A program made the position numbers and the translations under genes. The notes under the pieces were generated by a model that searched no databases, had not been told where the DNA came from, and saw only the letters and a list, made by a program, of their open reading frames with translations. A stretch of 64,000 bases of DNA, taken from assembly GCA_964106915.2 (NCBI GenBank), contig OZ066918.1. One strand, written 5' to 3'. This document shows positions 60,791 through 64,000 of this stretch, piece by piece. This stretch comes from Podarcis gaigeae (Eukaryota). Within the stretch, counting starts at the first letter, position 1. Every line of letters starts with the position of its first letter.

Positions 60791-61472
60791 TAAATCCATA
60801 TACTGCTTGGTTGTAAAAAAACAAAAACAAACTCACAGCAGTTTATAAAAAGATAAAAATGTTAGATGAAAATTTGCAACCATGCTTTAAAACATGCAAA
60901 AGTTAAAATGCCAAATCAGATTAAATTTAAGTGGTTGTCTGTGCAGGTGGTCTTCCAATTTGTCGCTGCAGGGGGCAGCAATGAGCAAAATAAATGCCCC
61001 CTCTTGTGCAACATTATTTAATGTCAATCTTAATAATTAAGATTTATTGCTGGGTTGTTTTTTATTTTTATTTTTATTTTTATTTTTATTATGTGTTTTG
61101 TGCTTTTGTGTTGTAGCTGCCCTGTGGGTATAGGGTGGTATACAAATTTAATAAATAAATAAATAAATAATACAAATTTAATAAATAATAAACATCTATG
61201 GGGAACCTGATGATTTGAAATAGATTCACCCCTGCAAGGGTTATTTGCAGGTTCTGACTTTGATAGTCTGGCCCCACTAACAGGGGCTCGGATTAAAAGC
61301 CTAGCCTGGCCTATGTGATTCTGAGTGCCGTCTTTCCCATACAGCTGGGGTTCCATTTCTGATGACAGCTGAACTCTTCAAGCAATCGCATCGGCCATCG
61401 GCCTACATTGTGGGTGGGTCCCTCAACTGGCTCTCCAACTTCACTGTTGGCTTTGTGTTTCCCTTCCTGCAG
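41581..61472 (+). CDS. SLC2A15: Class II facilitative sugar-porter (GLUT9-like) transporter, probably SLC2A15; 3'-partial, 11 exons in window
   Basis: Exons 41581-41625, 46359-46457, 46719-46879, 48909-49033, 49571-49716, 51107-51239, 51413-51600, 52796-52906, 57260-57361, 58011-58086, 61345-61472; 1314 nt, no stops. Sugar-porter motifs FGSSxxYGYN, [28 protein letters not shown]. Exon sizes 99/161/125/146/133/188/111/102/76/128 match the SLC2A9-type layout as I recall it. The symbol rests on recalled synteny of slc2a15 with the btrc/lbx1/fgf8 region in non-mammals; the family call is much more certain than the symbol. Confidence 0.85.
41927..42062. mobile_element. Short palindromic hAT MITE (136 bp)
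   Basis: CAGGCATCTCCAA...TTGGGGGTGCCTG; perfect 8-bp TSD CTTTAGAT. Confidence 0.9.
42382..42622. mobile_element. Tc1/mariner (Tigger-like) MITE related to 9125-9369
   Basis: TA|CACTGGTACCTCGGTTTA...TAAACCAACATACCACTG|TA; shares gggaggcc.cattag and ttaagaacgg motifs. Confidence 0.8.
46359..46457 (+). CDS. SLC2A15: SLC2A15-like exon 2 (TM1), 99 nt
   Basis: ttcctag|CAC CTC...GCA GCG|gtaaga; [33 protein letters not shown]. Confidence 0.93.
46719..46879 (+). CDS. SLC2A15: SLC2A15-like exon 3 (loop 1 with NTT sequon, TM2), 161 nt
   Basis: ctgcag|CAC ATC AAA...GGA AG|gtaagg; [54 protein letters not shown]. Confidence 0.93.
48497..48700. mobile_element. Degenerate hAT-like non-autonomous element (related copy at about 56908-57151)
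   Basis: CAGGGCTGGC...GCCAGCCTTG ends; shared ttt(g)gc(a/tg)cctgagg core. Confidence 0.5.
48755..48872 (+). mobile_element. CR1 LINE 3' end
   Basis: agaggttggatgaccatctgtca...agattcctgcattgcaggggattggattagatgaccc...ccttc...attctatggttccatgattc (ATTCTATG-type tail). Confidence 0.8.
48909..49033 (+). CDS. SLC2A15: SLC2A15-like exon 4 (TM3-4), 125 nt
   Basis: ctaccag|G AAT GGT...TCT G|gtaaga; [41 protein letters not shown]. Confidence 0.92.
49571..49716 (+). CDS. SLC2A15: SLC2A15-like exon 5 (TM4-5), 146 nt
   Basis: ctaccag|GG ATC TGT...GGA GAG|gtaaat; [49 protein letters not shown]. Confidence 0.94.
50704..50916. mobile_element. Degenerate TIR element (TAGGGTTGCCA-type hAT ends)
   Basis: TAGGTTTGCTAC ... 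ATGGCAACCCTA. Confidence 0.5.
51107..51239 (+). CDS. SLC2A15: SLC2A15-like exon 6 (TM6, PESPR), 133 nt
   Basis: tcctag|GAT GCC TAC...GAT G|gtaagg; [44 protein letters not shown]. Confidence 0.94.
51413..51600 (+). CDS. SLC2A15: SLC2A15-like exon 7 (intracellular loop, TM7), 188 nt
   Basis: ctacag|CA CTG CGT...GAC GCG|gtaagg; [63 protein letters not shown]. Confidence 0.94.
52796..52906 (+). CDS. SLC2A15: SLC2A15-like exon 8 (TM7b-TM8), 111 nt
   Basis: tgacag|ATC TGG TTT...ATA GGC|gtaagt; [37 protein letters not shown]. Confidence 0.94.
53284..53434. mobile_element. Palindromic MITE, possibly PIF/Harbinger-like
   Basis: GGCTGGATACACACCAT / GTACGGTGTGTACGAAGCC ends, internal gggaattgtagtt/aactacaattccc stem, 3-bp flanks TGA/TAA. 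Confidence 0.6.
53842..53979. mobile_element. Short palindromic hAT MITE nested in a SINE tail
   Basis: CAGCCTTTCTCAACCTGTGGGTCCCCAGATGTTG / CAACATCTGGGGACCCACAGGTTGAGAACCGCTG; perfect TSD GGCTAAAG. Confidence 0.9.
54917..54959. repeat. (CA)n microsatellite
   Basis: Direct reading. Confidence 0.95.
56521..56656. mobile_element. Short palindromic hAT MITE (136 bp)
   Basis: CAGTGATGGCCAAACTTGG / CCAAGTTTGGCCACCACTG; TSD GTATAGGC/GTATAAGC. Confidence 0.9.
57260..57361 (+). CDS. SLC2A15: SLC2A15-like exon 9 (GRR, TM9), 102 nt
   Basis: tgacag|TGC TTC ACC...CTG CAG|gtagga; [34 protein letters not shown]. Confidence 0.94.
58011..58086 (+). CDS. SLC2A15: SLC2A15-like exon 10 (TM10), 76 nt
   Basis: ccacag|GCA ACT GTG...CCA G|gtacgt; [25 protein letters not shown]. 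Confidence 0.93.
58323..59072. mobile_element. Long fold-back (palindromic) element interrupted by a Sauria SINE
   Basis: TAGTGGGGTAGGAGAG / CTCTCCTACCCCACTA ends plus collinear internal inverted arms. Confidence 0.85.
58670..59007 (+). mobile_element. Sauria SINE, full length with small internal deletion
   Basis: GGGATGTGGCTGGCACCGTGGTCTAAACCACAGAGCCTAGGGCTTGCCGATCAGAAGGTCGG...GGTCAGGGGTCCCTTTACCT; imperfect TSD tacctgggcacta/tacctgcgtacta. Confidence 0.92.
60737..60791. repeat. (TTTC)n microsatellite
   Basis: Direct reading. Confidence 0.95.
61058..61090. repeat. (TTTTTA)n repeat
   Basis: Direct reading. Confidence 0.9.
61345..61472 (+). CDS. SLC2A15: SLC2A15-like exon 11 (TM10b-TM11), 128 nt
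   Basis: atacag|CT GGG GTT...CTG CAG|gtaata; [43 protein letters not shown]. Confidence 0.94.
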
Positions 61473-61551
61473 GTAATACTGGGCCCCTTTGAGAGGCTGG
61501 TAGGCTCTGGGGTCCCCTGACTAGCAAGGCAAGAGAGCAGAATGCCTAGTG

Positions 61552-61687
61552 AAGGCATAGGCAAACTCCAGCCCTCCAGATGTCTGGGGCTACAATTCAC
61601 ATCATCCCTAGCCAACAGGACCAGTGGTCAGGGATGATGGGAATTGTACTCCCAAACATCTGGAGGGTTGGAGTTTGCCTATGCCTG
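61552..61687. mobile_element. Short palindromic hAT MITE (136 bp)
   Basis: AAGGCATAGGCAAACTCCAGCCCTCCAGATG / CATCTGGAGGGTTGGAGTTTGCCTATGCCTG; perfect TSD GCCTAGTG. Confidence 0.9.
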
Positions 61688-63116
61688 GCCTAGTGGTTCT
61701 CATGGCAGGTTCCTTCTAGCAGTGGTTGCAGGACACAGCACAGAGGAGAACCATATGCTGTATTTCTGTGTGACCTAGAACTTTCTACTAGAAATGGGGA
61801 AAGAGCTCCATAGGTACTGCATAGCTTAGTTCTTTCTCGGTAGTGGCGATGGGGTCATGCTCCAGCATTCTGAGTGGCAGAAAACACATGTTACAGTAGA
61901 CCAGCCTTCCCAAGCTCATGCCCTTCAGACGTTCTGGACTGAAGCTCTCCCATCATTGTGGTCCATGCTGGCTGAGGCTTACAGGAACTGTAGCTCAAAA
62001 CACCTGGAAGGCACCAGAAGACTGCCATAGCAAAGCTGGTGATGCCCCCATGGTAGCAACAAAATTAGTACCAAAAGAAACTAAGAGAGGGGGCAGTGTA
62101 TCTTTCTCAACCTTTATTATATATTGCATAAAGCAAGGGTGGTCCTCCAGGATAGGGTAGTGCCTTGCATGCAGTAGGTCACAGGATCTGTCCCAGGTAG
62201 CACTGAGAGTCAGGGACTGCCCACACATTAGACAAGGTAAAGCCATTTGCTTCAAGTAGCGGATCCGACCCCCTTGCCCTCTCCACCCTCCCATTGCACT
62301 GCTGCCAGCCCCATTGTCCTCATTGCTGCCACTACCCCCTTGTCGTTCCCCCATTTGCTGCTGCTGCGTTCTGGCAGCAGCATGGACACAACAGCAGGTG
62401 AGGGTGCTGTTGCTGTGATGGGCTGGCAGCAGGGAGGGGTGGGGACCTGGATCTGTGGAAGAGGGAGCGGAGCGTTTTGCCTACTAGCAGACTGACACTG
62501 CTAGGAGTGGCTCTGACTTGAAACCCCGGAGAGCCTCTGCTAATCAGTGTAAATGGGTCTGAGCTGGATGAATCAATGGCCGGACTCAGTGAAAGGCTGC
62601 TTCCTATATTCCAGATGTTGTCAAACTCCCCTCCACAGCCAGTATGGCCAATGGCCAGCAAGATGGTGGGAACGGTAGTATAGCAACATCTGGAAGGCCA
62701 CCACATTGTCTACCCACTGCTCTAAAGAAACACAAGACCAGTTGTGATCTTCGTCACATTACATGGAGAAAGAGAGAGAACCAGCAACAAAGCCATCTGG
62801 TCTTGACAAGTTATTCCCTAATCAGATCACGTGGATGCGCCAAATGGCAAACCAATTCCATTGCTTTGTAAACACCATTCCCTGCCCCAAGACATGAAAT
62901 CATTACATTCTGAAAGTACCAGGCCTTCTCTTATGTAAACAGCACTGGAAAGCCAAAGTGAAGGTTTCCTGTTGAAGGGTCAGAAAAGTAATCTAGCACT
63001 TCGTGACATACCAGTTGTATATGGTGAAGGTGTGTGTATGTAACTATGCTAATTCACATCAGTCACGGAATTAAGAGTCTTCTGGTACTAAATTTTAGGA
63101 CTGTGTAATCCTAGAT

Positions 63117-63450
63117 CAGGGCAGTCCAACTTTTTATAGCAAGGGGGCTACAATAGTGGTGTGACATGGGACTCACAGGCCACACACTGCCTTGTTGCAT
63201 GGGGGGAGGAGAGTGAGGCCAAACCCCCCCCCCCTCGTGCTGCCTTCCCAAAGTCAGGTAAGCGAGGCGCCGGGCTTGGGGATAAGGTGCAAGGCTCTGG
63301 CCAGGTCCTAGAGCCCTTCTACCTCCTTCCCAAAGCCCAGCACCTCACTTAACCAGCTTTGAGAAGGCATGGAAAGGGCTGGGGGAGAGCATTAAATGTT
63401 GCCAAGGGCCACCAAAAAAGGCCTCAATGGCTGTGCATTGAACCACCCTG
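63117..63450. mobile_element. Degenerate hAT-like non-autonomous element
   Basis: CAGGGCAGTCCAA ... TTGAACCACCCTG; TSD only partly preserved. Confidence 0.5.
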
Positions 63451-64000
63451 ATCTATATTATTAAATCCCCCACAGAGCCAGAAGGAAACACATTAAGAGG
63501 AAGGGGAAGAGCAATAGCAATAGCACAGTGGTAGAGCCACAGATTTGGTTGCAGAAGGTCACAGGTTCATTCTGCAGCATCTCCAAGTAGAGCTCAAGGA
63601 AAACCCTGCCCAAAACCCTGAAGAGCTGCTGCCAGTCGTAGACTGGAGTGAGGAACCTTAGTCCCAAGGCCCAAATGCAGCCCTCAAAGCATTTCTGTCT
63701 GGCCCTCAGAACTCTTTCCACACCGCACCTGATCCCCAGCCACACACCTTCTTCCCATGCCCTGCCTCTCACAAACTCTGCTTCACACCCTCTTGGGGTG
63801 TTTTTGCTTATACCCTGACCATGCCTTTTGTTGCCTGGATGGAGGATAGAGAGAGATGTATAAGTATGTTCAGAAACTAGCCTACTGTACAGTGGCAATA
63901 TTTTTATTTGTTGCTTCACTCAGTTTTGCCTCTTCACACCCAACACCTTCCATGTGGCAATATTTATATTGGTTGCTCAACTCACTTTTGCCTCTTCACA

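Noticed and set aside
41581-61472. Calling the transporter SLC2A5 or SLC2A9
   Set aside because: It lacks the GLUT5 TM5 Gln and QQLSGVN, and differs from GLUT9 in TM7 (M/D). Neither gene neighbours BTRC in human.

Overview
Vertebrate genomic DNA from a squamate reptile, probably a lacertid lizard (Sauria SINE copies, a tRNA-Lys/CR1-tail SINE, squamate-type MITEs). The window has two multi-exon genes on the + strand. (1) The 3' part of BTRC (beta-TrCP1/FBXW1A): ten coding exons at 11365-28940 splice in frame to 497 codons plus stop (D-domain, F-box, seven WD40 repeats). An intron follows 32 nt after the stop, then a long non-coding last exon starts at 29784. (2) A class II GLUT gene, most likely SLC2A15 (a GLUT9-like paralogue not found in human): eleven exons at 41581-61472 give 438 codons in frame, and the last exon lies beyond the window. 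Its predicted substrate pocket keeps most GLUT9 urate-site residues but has GLUT11-like Met/Asp in TM7; this is the most interesting biological lead. The rest is intron/intergenic DNA with many TIR MITEs, SINEs, L2/CR1 fragments, microsatellites, two assembly gaps and several enhancer/CTCF-like segments. Those segments fit the LBX1-BTRC-FGF8 regulatory landscape, but this is inference only. I found no prokaryote-type system, CRISPR array or intact transposase. Comparisons with human and other orthologues are from memory, not from searches.
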